64,000 bases of DNA from Squalus acanthias (Eukaryota), in assembly GCA_030390025.1 (NCBI GenBank), contig CM059425.1:163434001-163498000 (forward strand), in the 5' to 3' direction. Numbering within the stretch: position 1 is the first letter of the stretch; each line of letters begins with the position of its first letter. The notes under the pieces were generated by a model. The model ran no database searches and was not told the origin of the DNA. It saw only the letters and a program-made list of their open reading frames with translations. Position numbers and translations under genes: made by a program. Positions 38,095 through 50,651 of the stretch are shown piece after piece.

Positions 38095-39648
38095 AAGAAC
38101 ATAAGAAATAGGAGCAGGAGCAAGCCATTCGGCCCCTTGAGCCTGCTCCGCCATTTAATGAGATCATGGCTGATCCGATTGTGGTCTCAACTGCACTTTC
38201 CTGGTTGTTCCCCATAACCCTTGACTCCCCTGTTGCTCAAAAATCTGTCTATCTTGGCCTTGAATATATTCAATGACTCAGCTTCCACAGCTCTCTGGGG
38301 TAAAGAATTCCAAAGATTCACGACCCTCTGAGAGAAGAAATTCCTCCTCATCTCCGTCTTAAATGGGCGCCCCTTATTCTGAGACTATGCCCCCTCGTTC
38401 TAGATTGCCCCACGAGGGGAAACATCCTCTCAGCATCTACCCTGTCCAACCCTCTCAGAATTTTATATGTTTCAATAAGATCACCTCTCATTCTTCTACT
38501 GAGTTTAGGCCCAACCTGCTCAACCTTTCCTCATAAGACAACCCTTTCATCCCAGGAATCAACCCAGTGACCTTCTCTGAACTGCCTCCAATGCAAGTAT
38601 ATCCCTCCTTAAATAAGGGGACCAAAATTGTATGCAGTACTCTAGGTGTGGTCTCACCAGTGCCCTGTACAGTTGTAGCAAGACTTCCCTACTTTTATAC
38701 TCGATCCCCCTTGAAATAAAGGTCAACATTCCATTTGCCTTCCTAATTACTTGCTGCACCTGCATGTTAACCTTTTGTGTTTCCTGTACGAGGGCATCCA
38801 AATCCCTCTGTATCTCACAATTCTGTAGTCTTTCTCCATTTAAATAATATTTTTCTTTTCTATTGTTCCTACCAATGTGGATAACTTCACATTTTCCCAC
38901 ATTATACTCCATCTGCCAAATTCTTGCCCACTCACTTAACCTATCTATATCCCTTTACAGACTCTTTATGTCCTCCTCACAACTTGCTTTCCCACCTATC
39001 TTTGTATTGTCTGCAAATTTGGCTACAATACACTCGCTTCCTTCATCCAAGTCATTAATATAGATTGAAAATAGCTGAGTCCCCAGCACTGATCCCTGTG
39101 GCACCCCACTAATTACCGTTTGCCAACCTGAAAATGACCCAATTATCCCGACTCTCTGTTTTCTGTTAGTTAGCCAATCCTCGATCCAATCTAATATATT
39201 ACCCCCAACACCATGAGCTCTTATCTTATGCAATAACCTTTTATGTGGCACCTTGTCGAATGCCTTTTGGAAATCCAAATACACTACATCTACTGGTTCC
39301 CCTTTATCCACCCTGCTCGTTACCTTCTCAAAGAACTCTAATAGATTTGTCAAACACGATTTCCCTTCATAAAACCATGTTGACTCTGTTTGATTGTATT
39401 ATGATTTTCTAAATGCCCTGCTACTACTTCCTTAATAATGGATTCGAGCATTTTGCCAAGGACAGATGCCATGCTAACTGGCCTATAGTTTCCTGCTTTC
39501 TGTCTCCCTCCTTTTTGAATAAGGGCATTACATTTGCAGTTTTCCAATCCCCTGGGACTTTTCCAGATTCGAGGGTTTTGGAAGATTCCAACCAATACAT
39601 CCATTATCTCAGTAGCCACTTCTTTTAAGACCCTAGGATGCAGGCCAT
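38095..39648 (-). mobile_element. 5'-truncated CR1 LINE (RT and 3'UTR), same family as 15147-17643
   Basis: ORFs 38559-39619 carry RT motifs with frameshifts; (aagaacat)n tail. Confidence 0.93.
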
Positions 39649-41328
39649 CATGATTGAATTCAATATTAGGTTTGAGAAGGAGACGGGTGAGTCACGAATC
39701 AAGGTTTTACATTTAGTTAAGGCTGACTTTGGAGAGATGAGGCAGGAATTGACCACAATAGACTGGACAGAACTATTAAAAGTTAAAATTAAGGATGAAC
39801 AGTGGGAGGTGTTCAAAAAAGTATTTGGTAGAATACAAGACCTTTACATACCCCTAAAGGGCAAGATCTCTATGTGTGTAATTAAACAATCTTGGTCAAC
39901 AAGTGAAGTGAGAGATAATATAAAACTAAAAGAAAGGGTTTATACAAAAGCAAAGATCAGTAGAGATCCTGCGAACTGGGAGTGGTTAAAGAACAGCAAA
40001 GGGATACAAAGAAAGTGGTAAGAGCTGCAAAAAGTGAATACGAGAAAAAGCTGGTGAGGGATATCAAGGACAACACTCATGGTTTTTACAAATATATTAA
40101 GAGAAAGAGGGTGGCTAAGAGTAGTGTGGGCCCCTTAATGACAGACACAGGTGACACTGTAGGAAATGGTAGACTTACTAAATAGCTCTTTTGTATTGGT
40201 CTTCACAGTAGAGGATGAGGATAGAGTACCAGGGAAACAAGGAAAACTAAAAATAAATGAAGGGGATAAACTAACTAGATTCAATATAAGTAAAAAAAAC
40301 AGTAATGGAGAAACTAATGAGACGAAAGGTAGAAAAATCTTCAGGGCCCGATGGTTTCCACCCCAGGGAATTAAAAGAAGTCGGTGAGGAAATTGTTGAT
40401 GTGTTAGTCATGATCTTTCAAAATTCTTTCTATTCAAGAATTGTCCTCTTGGATTGGAAAACTGCCAATGTCATTCTATTATTTAAGAAGGGTAAAAGAG
40501 ATAAACTAGGAAATTATAGGCCTATTAGTCTAATGTCAGTTGTGGGGAAGTTACTAGAATCTGTTATTAGGGACTGAGTGACTGAGCATTTAGACAAATA
40601 TGAGCTGATCAGCGAGAGCCAGCTTTGATTTATAAAGGGTAAGTCATGTCTAACGAACCTAGTTACATTTTTTGATGTAACAAACGTGGTAGATAAGGAA
40701 GTGTCTATGGATGTTATTTATATGAACTTCCAGAAGGCATTCAAAAAGGTTCCACATAAGAGACTGTTAACAAACATGAGAGCGAAGGGTCATCGACCTG
40801 AAACGTTGGCTCTGTTTCTCTCTCTACAGATGCTGCCTGGCCTGCTGAGTATTTCCAGCATTTTCTGTTTTTATATGAGAGGCAACATATTGGCTTGGAT
40901 AGGGAATTGGTTAGGAGGCATGAGACAGAGAGTAGGGATAATGGGTATATACTCAAATTGGCAGGATGTGACGAATGTTGTTCCCTAGGGTTCTGTACTG
41001 GGGCCTCAGCTTTCACTATATTTACAAATGACTTGGATGAAGTAATAGAGAGCTGTATATCTAAGTTTGCTGATAGTTAGGTGGTACAGTAAATAATGTA
41101 GATGGGAGCAGAATGTTGCAAAGGGACATTGATAGATTAAGTGAGTGGGCAAAACTGTAGCAGATGGAGTTCAATGTAGGAAAGTGTGAGGCCATCCACT
41201 TCGGAGCTAAGAAAGATAGATCAGAATATTTTCTAAATGACATGAAGTTAAGAACTGTGGATGAGCAGAGAGGTTTAGGGGTCCAAGTACAGAAATCTCT
41301 AAAAGCTAGTGGGCGGGTGAAAAATAAT

Positions 41329-42010
41329 AACAGAGTGACTGCTACCAACGAACCGAAAGCTGCTGCCAATGACCGGAAGCTGTGTTGGTTTAAGTATTAA
41401 TGTATAATAATATTGTAATATCGCATAAATCTGTGGAGCTCTGGGCTGGTTTAATAATAATGTATAATAATATCGCAGGTTGGTTTAAGTATTAATGTAT
41501 AATAATTTTGCGGTGGGAGGGTTGCAGAGATTTATTTGTTCAGAGCACGAGCTCCGTGTGAAGGGAACGAGAATAAAATTAATAAAAATGGACGTTTGCT
41601 GAGTTTTGCTGGCGCAGATTTTCTTTTCCTGACGCGGCTCTGTTCGGGAGTAGCGATGCTGCCGACCCGCTCAATGCAAAAGCGGGGCCTCTAGGTTCTT
41701 GTCTGGGGCTTGAGGCCTACACCGGGTGTTTATAAAGCCTCCCCCCCCCCCCCCCCCCCGGTTCCATTGCTCCCCTGCACCCCGCCGCTTCCTCCCTGCT
41801 CCGGAATCTTCTCTCCGTCTTCATCGTCCGACTGGCGGTATTGCGCACCTGCAGGACCCGACCCACCTGCGCCGAACCTTCTCCACGCAGCAGGCCCCTG
41901 CAGTATTTATAGGACCTATTCTATCGCTGGGAATACCCTGGGTAAAAACCACCGCCATTTCAAACTGCGCATGTGCAACTACTTCAACTTTGTTGCCAGC
42001 AGTCGCTGCC
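41329..42010. mobile_element. Unclassified non-autonomous DNA transposon (~682 bp) with imperfect TIRs and ~9-bp TSD
   Basis: Flanked by AAAAATAAT (41320-41328 and 42012-42020); ends CAGAGTGACTGCTACCAAC / GTTGCCAGCAGTCGCTGCC; the CR1 sequence rejoins across it. Confidence 0.7.
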
Positions 42011-42736
42011 AAAAAATAATTAATAAGGCTAATGGAATGTTGGCCTTTATCTCAAGAGGGCTGGAATACAAAGGGGTGGAAGTTATGTTACAGCTCTACA
42101 GCTGGAATACTGCATTCAGTTCTGGGCACCACACCTCAGGAAAGGTATATTGGTCTTGGAGGGGGTGCAGCTCAGATTCACCAACTAAAAGGGTTTTTAA
42201 TTCTGAGGACAGGTTGCATAGACTAGGTTTGTATTCCCTTGAATATAGAAGATTAAGGGGTGATATAATTGAGGTGTTTAGGATGTTCAAAGGAGTTGAT
42301 AGGGTAGAGAGAGTGAAACTATTTCCTCTGGTGGGGGCGTTCAGAGCAAGGGGGCATAACCTTAATATTAGAGCTAAGCCATTTAGTGTGATGGTAGAAA
42401 GCACTTCTTCACACAAAGGGTAGTGGAAAATCCGGAACTCTCTCCCCTAAAAAGCTGCAGAGGCTAGGTCAATTCAAAATTTCAGAACTGAGATTGCTAG
42501 AGTTTTGTTAGGCAAGGGTATTAAGGGTTACGGAACCAAAAGGGTAGATGGAGTCAAGATACAGATCAGCCATGATCTAACTGAACAGGCTTGAGGGGCT
42601 GAATGGCCGACTCCTGTTCCTATGTTCATCAGACAAAATCACTGATATAGCTTGGAACTGAGCATTTGAACTTTTTAGAGGCTGTCACACTATAACGTTA
42701 TACAAACTATGAACTAAATATTAATTCAAACTTATT

Positions 42737-43480
42737 GGCCCAGAAATTGATCTCGCTCTGTTCCCGCGGGGGTAAGCCTTTCCCGCGATGTCTCACCTCG
42801 CTTATGCTTTTTCTGATCCAGCTCGCACGAAATTGATGTTCCAGACATCAGCTGTGCTGGGCTTGCGTATCCCAGCGGCGTAGTTAATTCGTGCGAGCTG
42901 TGGGATCACGTGACTCAGTTAGAGCCAATGGCAGCACACCATCTTCCATTCATAAGTCTCACAGCATGGCTGAGAGACTTATGAATCTTACACCCCCCCA
43001 AAATAACAGCTAAACCTCAATTAAATTTAAAAAAAAACCCATCACATTAATAAAATAAGTATAGTTAATTAAATTAACCATTTTAAATAAAAAATTAAAT
43101 TTTTGAAAAAATTTAAAATCTTTTAAAAAGTTATAAAAATAAACTTACCTGTCTTTAAAGTCTATAAAAAAGATATACCTGTAAAAAAAAATTCAAAAAA
43201 ATACTTAATTCACTACTTACCTTCTTAAAAGCGGGTCTTACTCCTCCTTTTTACATTTCCAAAATCTTCAGTACTTACCTGCGCGTCCAAAGCATGAAGT
43301 GCACAGCGTGCGCGCAGCCTGTAGCGCGCACGCGATGCACTCCGGCCCCGCCCCCTTTTCGGAAGAGCAATTGCCGGTTTTCAGCGCATGCGCAGGGCAT
43401 GCAGAAAACCGGCAATTGGAGTGGGAATACGCGAGAGTATGCAGTGCGTACTCTCGCGTCCCGGGATCAATTTTCGGCCC
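42737..43480. mobile_element. Harbinger-type MITE with 3-bp TSD ATT
   Basis: att|GGCCCAGAAATTGATCTCG ... CGGGATCAATTTTCGGCCC|att; GC-rich arms and an AT-rich core. Confidence 0.85.
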
Positions 43481-44889
43481 ATTATTCTTTAAAATTATTT
43501 TTTTAAATGATTAAAAAATAGAAGTTTCAGTTGGCTACATTATGGCCTACACATTCGGCCACACAGTACCTGTGTTTCAGGCACTAACCGGCCACCTAAG
43601 CCTCCAATATGGCGGACAGGGAGCGCATGCTCATTACAATCCGCAAGTCTGCTGTCCGGCATATTCGTAAAGACCATAGTATTGGCGTGAAGTGTCCATG
43701 TCTGAAACATGTGAAAATAAGGGCCTAATGCCTGTTTCAGACCCCAAATGCAGGATTAGTTTGCCTTGAGGCAGTTGGTGCTGGCACCGGCTGTTCTCAG
43801 GAAACCCAGGCCGCAACCAACAAGGTAAGTTTTTAAACTATATTTACCTGAATGTGGAACCAGGAGGAGCAGGAGCACTCCTCCGAAACCCACATTCAAA
43901 GAATACGGGCCGCTGTCTTCCACTGGTCCCTCCCGACTCGGGCGCTGACCTTCTCGGTTGCCCCACTTCCTCACTTACCTGAGGGCCGCTGCATCCAAAT
44001 TTCTAGGTTATATCTCTAACCTTACCAATAATAGGTGATGATGTACTTACTATATGATGCCATCATCTTGCACACCAAATGTAAATTGAATTGCATTTTA
44101 ATTTTTTTTATTAAAGAGAGTGAATTTTAGAAAGAACTGTTCTTTTGAATTGTAAAATAGAAGCTATGAGGAGTACAGTTTCAAAAAGCAAATATACAGC
44201 ACCATTTTGAAATCTAAGAATCCCTGGACTATTTATAGGTATCAAAGGCATGGTAGTGAAATGTAGGAATAATGATTCAGAGCATGAATTATCAATGTAA
44301 TAATATATTGAAAGGCAGATCCAATAAATCATTCCATAAAATATCCTCAACAAAGCTTTTTGTTAACCCATACAAATATGTTTAATCTGTTCCGATCTGG
44401 GAATATAAGATTGTAAAAATCTAACTAAATCAGAAATAATTGTACAATAAAGGTAACAAAAGGGCTAAGTACGAAACTGGCAGATTTTACATTTTTTTTC
44501 ATTAAATCCCTTCAGTGACACTGAGCTAGATTAAGGTTTGACAAAATGTCTCCTGGAGGGCATTAAGTTAGATTTAGATTTATACAACTCTTCTCCTTTT
44601 TATGCCATTAGTGAAACCTTACAACAGGTGTAGTTTAATTTAAGGCAAAATCATAATTATTTAAGGACCATAAAATAAGCGTTTAAAGGACCATGAGTGT
44701 TTAAACGGTGCAGTATTCAGATTGAAGCTTTTGTCTGATGATCACATTGTTTCAGTTCAGTACTTTTGTGAAGATTACAGTGGACTTGCTGTCCAATACC
44801 AGATAGGATAGCCTATGATTACTGGTAATGACATTAGCTTGACTAAGCTATATCATAAACTTTTCCACCTGTAATTAAATGCAGGTTTA

Positions 44890-45160
44890 ATTATTGCAGA
44901 TGTCCCACAAACAGCAAATAGATGAATGGCCAGTTAATCTTTTTTTTGGGATGATGTAGGTTGAAGGAGGAATGTTGACCAGGCTGTCGGGAGAACTCTC
45001 TGTTCTTCAAATAGTTCATGGGATCTTTACATGTATACCTGAACCACTGGAATGGGCAGATGGGATCTTGGTTTAATGTCTTATCTGAAGAGCAGCACAT
45101 CTGACAATGCAGCCTTGCTTCAGTGTTGCCTTACAATGTCAATCTTGATTACGAGCTCAA
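44890..45160 (-). mobile_element. Decayed Deu-domain SINE
   Basis: Reverse complement shows acattaaaccaagatccc..., gtaaagatcccatgaactatttgaag..., homologous to 21060-21270. Confidence 0.7.
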
Positions 45161-45452
45161 ACTAATGGTACAGGAATTAAACTGACAATATTCTAATTGT
45201 ATTGGGACAGTCCCTTTAAGTGTTTCATAAATCACAATGAAGGAATATTGTGGTGCTTTTCAGCTTGGCTTTTCCCGGTGGCTTTTGTGAAAGTTGTTGC
45301 AATTAGTATTCAGAACAAACCGAGGCCTTGTTGTGCAATACGTGCATTTTAGTGGCGTCTTTGTAGCCTTGGTTTTCTGCTGTTGGGAAGATTTCAGTAA
45401 ATGTACTTTGTTCAACGTTATGCTTTACTTTGTCTCTGAATAAAGCACATAA

Positions 45453-45589
45453 GGGGTGAAATTGTTGGGAGGATGAGCAAAGCGGGTGGCAGCGAATTGG
45501 CATGGAAAAGAAAATCGGGTGGGATGTAAAACAGGCTGCCGATTCGTTGTCACCCATTTTGCGCTACTGTCGAAAACTAATTCCTCCCC
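45453..45589. mobile_element. Short Harbinger-type MITE
   Basis: GGGGTGAAATTG ... TAATTCCTCCCC termini. Confidence 0.5.
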
Positions 45590-46865
45590 AATGTTTCTAA
45601 TCATTGGAGGACCCTGGAATCCCACAAATCATCAGTTGTGTAAAAATATGTTTAAACATAGCAAATCTTTAAGCGGTCATATGGTAATTTTAATTTCACA
45701 GTCTGTAGCCCAAAAAGTACAACAAAAGTAATAAGTTTTATATTTGATGCAGTGGTTGAAAATAATCCTGTTCTTCCCATGGAGGGGGTGGGAGTGTTCT
45801 AGATTTAAATTTCAGACTTAGTTTGACATTTTGAACTCAATTTTCACTCAATCCCGAGGCGTGGGATCCCCGGCCGGCCACAGTTAAACCTGCACAGCTG
45901 GTTAAATCAGAGACTTCTAGCCTCATTATCATATTTAAAGTGCCAACCCACCTCCTGGGAACGGGTTGCCCGCCCCTGCCTCCGTTAAACCCGGAGGGAG
46001 GAGGGTGGGGGGGGTGTCGGGATTCACATTTTTAATACTTTAACCTCCCACCTGACCCCAACTCACCCGTTTTTTGGGGATAAAATTCCCCCCAAAGAAT
46101 CAAGAACAAGTGTAGTCTTCAGCTGAAGTGGGGTTAAAGGCCGGGGATAATTGGAGCAGGATACACACATGTGATTCCGTTGCCATTTTAAAGTCATATA
46201 TTCCACCCTTATTTTTCTATTTCCATGATATACTCTTATGCCCACATTTATAATGGAAACTACCTATGCAAACGTGTAATTATATTCTTCTGCAACTGGC
46301 AGCGGAGGGACAGGCAAGGCGAAGAGGAAGGTGAGGAAGAAGTGGGGGCACGAGGGACCAGTTTTAGAGGCAGTAACATGAGCAGCCGATGAAATTTCCT
46401 CTTAAAATTCATTCTTCGTTGTCACATTAACAGGACATGTACTTCCACCCACCAAGTTTGTCAGTAATTGTGCATGAAAGCAAGCAGAGATAGTTAGAAT
46501 GTGGGAAGGGGAAAGTTATTTTTATTTTCAGAAGTGAGAGAATAAACAAGAAGGTGAAACACTCTATGAAACTCGATATAAACTGAAAAACAAAATGGCG
46601 AGCAAAAGGTCAAAACTTGAAACTTACCTGCAGAAGAAACATGGAGACTGCTCAGAAGATATCCAGAGGCGGACTTTGATGGTATTGACAGACTGAGCAC
46701 AAAGCCACTCCGAAGCCAGATAGTGTAATTACAAGTTTACATAGGCAAAACACATTATCGATGTGGATGTAGGAATTTATAATGGGAAAATTGACACAAA
46801 AAGTGTGACAACAGGCAGACACGAAGTACGCAGATTTAAAATTTTAATATATTGAAAGCAACTCA

Positions 46866-47388
46866 GGGCCTAGAAATCTGAAAAGGCATGTAAACGGGCG
46901 GTGCCACCGCAAGGCGAGGTTTGCTCGCGCCCGTAAAAAGATCGCAGGCAGCACCGGAACTTGGTGCTCAGCAACGACTGAGGTAGGCCGGGACTCGGGA
47001 CCAGGATCGGGTGGGGAGGGGTGTCGGGACTCGGGGCCAGCATCGGAGGAAGTCGAAGAGGGCCTGGCGGTTGGAGTCGGGAGTGAGGTCGGAGATGATA
47101 ATGGTAAGTACTTACCTTTTTTTCATTCGCCGCTGCTAACGTTTGTTTTCCCGGGAGTAAACATTGCTGGCGCTGACTGCCTCAGACATGAGCCAAATTT
47201 GCAAGAGGGAGCAAAAGCAGGTATTAGGCCCCTTATTTGAATATGTTAATAGCCTAACTCCTGCTTCAAATGAAGCTAAACAACGCCTCTTTTTTTGCCC
47301 TCACCAATATGGCATCCAGCGTGGCCTGCGCCAGAAGTGGGCGGGAGAGGCCTTAACAGCTGGTACTAAGGTGCCAAATTTCAAGCCC
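46866..47388. mobile_element. Harbinger-type MITE sharing its right terminus with Harbinger #2
   Basis: Ends ggccttaacagctggtactaaggtgccaaatttcaagccc vs ggccttaatagttggcgctcaggtgccaaatttcacagccc at 52207-52247. Confidence 0.75.
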
Positions 47389-48279
47389 AAGAAATCTGCA
47401 GTACAGTACATTGGGCTAAAAGCAAATTTTGACGGCTAAAAAGTGGATTATCTAACTCTGAATATTTATACTTTATTCCTTTTAAATATCACCTTCTGTT
47501 TTTAGTTGAGAAAACAAATTAAAAGTCAAGCTGTATAGTGGAGTACCAAGATTAAAAAGAGGAGAAGATAAGATAAATCCAGAAGCAGAGGTCAGCTAAC
47601 ACCTAGCTTTATTTTTAAAAGTTTAAAAGACTGTAGATCAGGCATGCACAAGCTTTTGGTCTTAGTGGGCTCCCTTGTGTATAACGTGGAGCCACAGGAG
47701 CTGCATATGATGTTCAAATCAATGTTCCTGTTAATTTGCAAATATCTTAAGCTGCAGATACAATCAGATCCTGGTACTTGACTTAGGATTCATTCATCCA
47801 AAAGGCAACAGTGCTAAAAACAGCCCCTTTAAAATCTGCAAAATTCAGGTACAAAGAAGCAATTAAGACATACTGGAAATTGGACTGCATTGCCTGGGCT
47901 TTGAAGGCCAGATTGCCATGGTTCAGGGGCTGCAGTTTGGATGTCCCTGTTGTAAATTAGAGGTGGGGGGCAGTGGGGAGGTAAGGAAATCTAGGGGGTG
48001 AAATTGGATTGGGCCCGAAAATGAGCGCAGGGAGCACGAAGCACAATGTGCCCGTTCAAAGTGGTGCAGGCAGCACGCAAAATTCGTGCTGCTTGCTTAT
48101 TATAATGATTGGAGCGCTGAGCTCAGCGCTAAACGTGCTGCTGATTGGCTCAGCGTTCAACAGGGGGCCAATATCGGGTGCAGTCTACTGGCCAATAAAA
48201 TTTTGCCTAGGCTCTCTGCACCTCTTAAAGGGGAGGTGCTTTGTTACAGAAGCACCTCATTGTCACTCTGGATGCAGCC

Positions 48280-50482
48280 ATGGCTCAACAGGTAAGGGAA
48301 AGGACAAGGAGATTCCCTGATGCAGCACTGGAGGCCTTGGTCCTGGGGGAGCACAGAAGAAGACGGGTCCTCTACCTGCAGGGGGCCTTCCAGGCAGAAT
48401 GCCAGAAGGCAGTGGGAGGAGATAGCATAAGCCATCAGTGCCATGTGTGATGCCCCCAGGACCTGGATCCAGTGCTGCAAAAAGTTTAGTGACCTCACAT
48501 GAGTGGTCAAGGTCAGTGAATGCATCTTCAAATGCCATATCCCACCAACTGCACCACTAGCCTCACACACTGCTCCATGCACCGCACCCCCATCACTCAC
48601 CTACCAACAATCTCTAGCAATCACCACTCATACCTCACATACCTCACAATCATAGCTTCACCTCACTCTCGCACACTTATCGCTGCTGCAAGCCTCACAC
48701 CCACAACTCACACCTTGCACACAATGCCAGCTATTCAACCATGACAGGCACATCACCCAAAAACATTGGGCTAGAAATTCAGTGCATTTGCGCCTCCCGT
48801 TAGCGCCTCCGGCACGGCCCCCCACTCCCTGGTGGCCCAGGTAGGGTCCCAGAGAGTTGTGGGCTTGGGCCCTCCCCTTTAATGAGGGGCGGAGCCCTTC
48901 CATGCGGCAGCGCTACGTGGCCCAGTGCATAGCGGTGCAGAACGCACTGCCCCCGATATTCAGGGTTTGTGCTCTAAGAAGGAAGTAGAGCGCTTGAATT
49001 AGCTAAATTTAGCGCCCAGTCAATGTTGGTGACCCAAAATAGTCGCTAACGAATTCTTCCCCCATTGCACCACACTCACCTACACACTTCTCTTTCTCTT
49101 GCAGGCCAAATTGGTTCAGAACCGCCGTGAGCAGTAGCAGATGAGCGGAGGGGAAGCTGGTCTTCAAAACTTAACTGCGCTGGAGGAGACAGTGCTGGAG
49201 ATCATTGAAGGGGCCGTTACTGAGGCCGTAGCAAGCGGAGAGGTTGAAAGCATTGCTGATGATGGTTTGCTCATACCTAATCCTTCTTCTGACATCCTAC
49301 TTCCCCCTCATGGCATAATCTCTTCTTACATGCAAGCTGCTGATGGTGTAAGCATGCACGTCTTGCTTTACCACCCCACCCATCACCACAACCCGACCCT
49401 TGTGCCTTTCTCCTTTCAGATACCCAAGAACTTACAGCAGCCCAGCCTGTCCCCGACCTAGTAGAGGAGGAGAGTGAAGGTGAAGAAGTCACACCGTCAC
49501 TCGACCTGACACTCCCGGACACCAGCTCAGAAAATGGTACTGCACGAACTTTAGAGGGTAGTATCGAGGTGGGATCTGCACATGGTGAGTTACCAGGCAC
49601 AAGTGGGCTGCAGCCAGGCCAGGGGAAAAGGGTAGCTCGGGGGCCAGCTCCCCAGAGGGCGAGTTCACGCACGAGTTCTGCTGCACAGGACTCAGATGAT
49701 GACTTCGATGGGGCAGTCTTCAGAAGAAGGGTGATGGGCATGCACACAGAAACGCTTGGTGCAATGGCAGGCCTGCCGGAGAGCCTCTTGTCAGCGTCAA
49801 GGAGCATAAGAATGTTATGGAGGAGTCCGGCTCCAACATTGCACGGGGCTTTGTGTGGAGCTTGGAGGAAGTAACAGGCAACTCCATTAGAACACTTGTG
49901 GACACAGCCATGATGCTGGGTGTGATGGGCGATGTCTCAGCTTCCATTGCAGCACAAGCGAAAGCAACCCAACGTCTTAGTGCGGCACTGGAAGCTCAGA
50001 CTGCTCTCATGCAGGCTCCGCTTGCTGCCACGCAAGCTCAGACTGATGCCATGGATGCTAGGTTTACAAATGTACGGTCTCACAGCAGTCCAGCAATCTC
50101 TGCTCCAACAGATGGCTAGGAATGCTGAAGCGCCACCCTGGGGGAGTGGCAATGGCTCTGTGGAGCAAGAACCTGCTGTCCTCTCTCAGGATGGCAGCAT
50201 TCCTACTCCTACCCCTGCCACTCAGCCAGTACCCTTGATGCTGCCTGTCAGCCAGCCAGCCCAGACTGCTGTCGCCCATGCCGAGGTGGTGCAGTCTACA
50301 GCCGGGCCTTCTAGGCCCAGAACTGCTGGAGGTCATCCTGCAAGGCCATCTGCAGTGTTCCCCACGTAAAGTCAGCAGCCTTCCACCAGCCATGCTGCAG
50401 CCACTGGGGGAGCACTTCGTAGGAGCACTAGAGTAGCCAAAGGAACACGAAAGACACTAAGGAAATGCACAAGGGTGATTAG
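48280..50482 (+). pseudogene. Harbinger Myb/SANT (NAIF1-like) gene; exons ~48280-48511, 49105-49264, 49420-50482
   Basis: MAQQVRERTRRFPDAALEALV..., WIQCCKKFSDL; splice sites aag|gtcagt, ttgcag|gcc, gatg|gtttgc, tttcag|ata; contains in-frame stops. Confidence 0.8.
48768..49063. mobile_element. MITE nested in intron 1 of the Harbinger Myb/SANT gene, TSD ATT
   Basis: att|GGGCTAGAAATTC ... GAATTCTTCCCCC|att; the empty site is visible in Harbinger #1 (~35360-35380). Confidence 0.88.
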
Positions 50483-50651
50483 TTGACTTTGTTATGTAGT
50501 ATTGGATTGAATCATTTCTAAATTATGTTTGGAATGTTTGTTTTGTGATGGCTCTCATTTCAGCTTTGTGCCCAAGTGGATGCTATGATGTTCTGTGACA
50601 TAGGGATGGTAAAGTGGGGAAGTGGTGAGCAATGGGGATCTGGGGTTTCAT

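Larger units (their letters stand above)
37990..42627 (+). mobile_element. Old CR1 LINE interrupted by an antisense CR1, a Penelope remnant (40783-40873) and a TIR element
   Basis: Endonuclease SDHN|MIEF split at 38090/39650; RT fragments SGPDGFHPR, NYRPISL, FQKAF, KFAD; 3' end ...ctcctgttcctatgttc. Confidence 0.88.
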
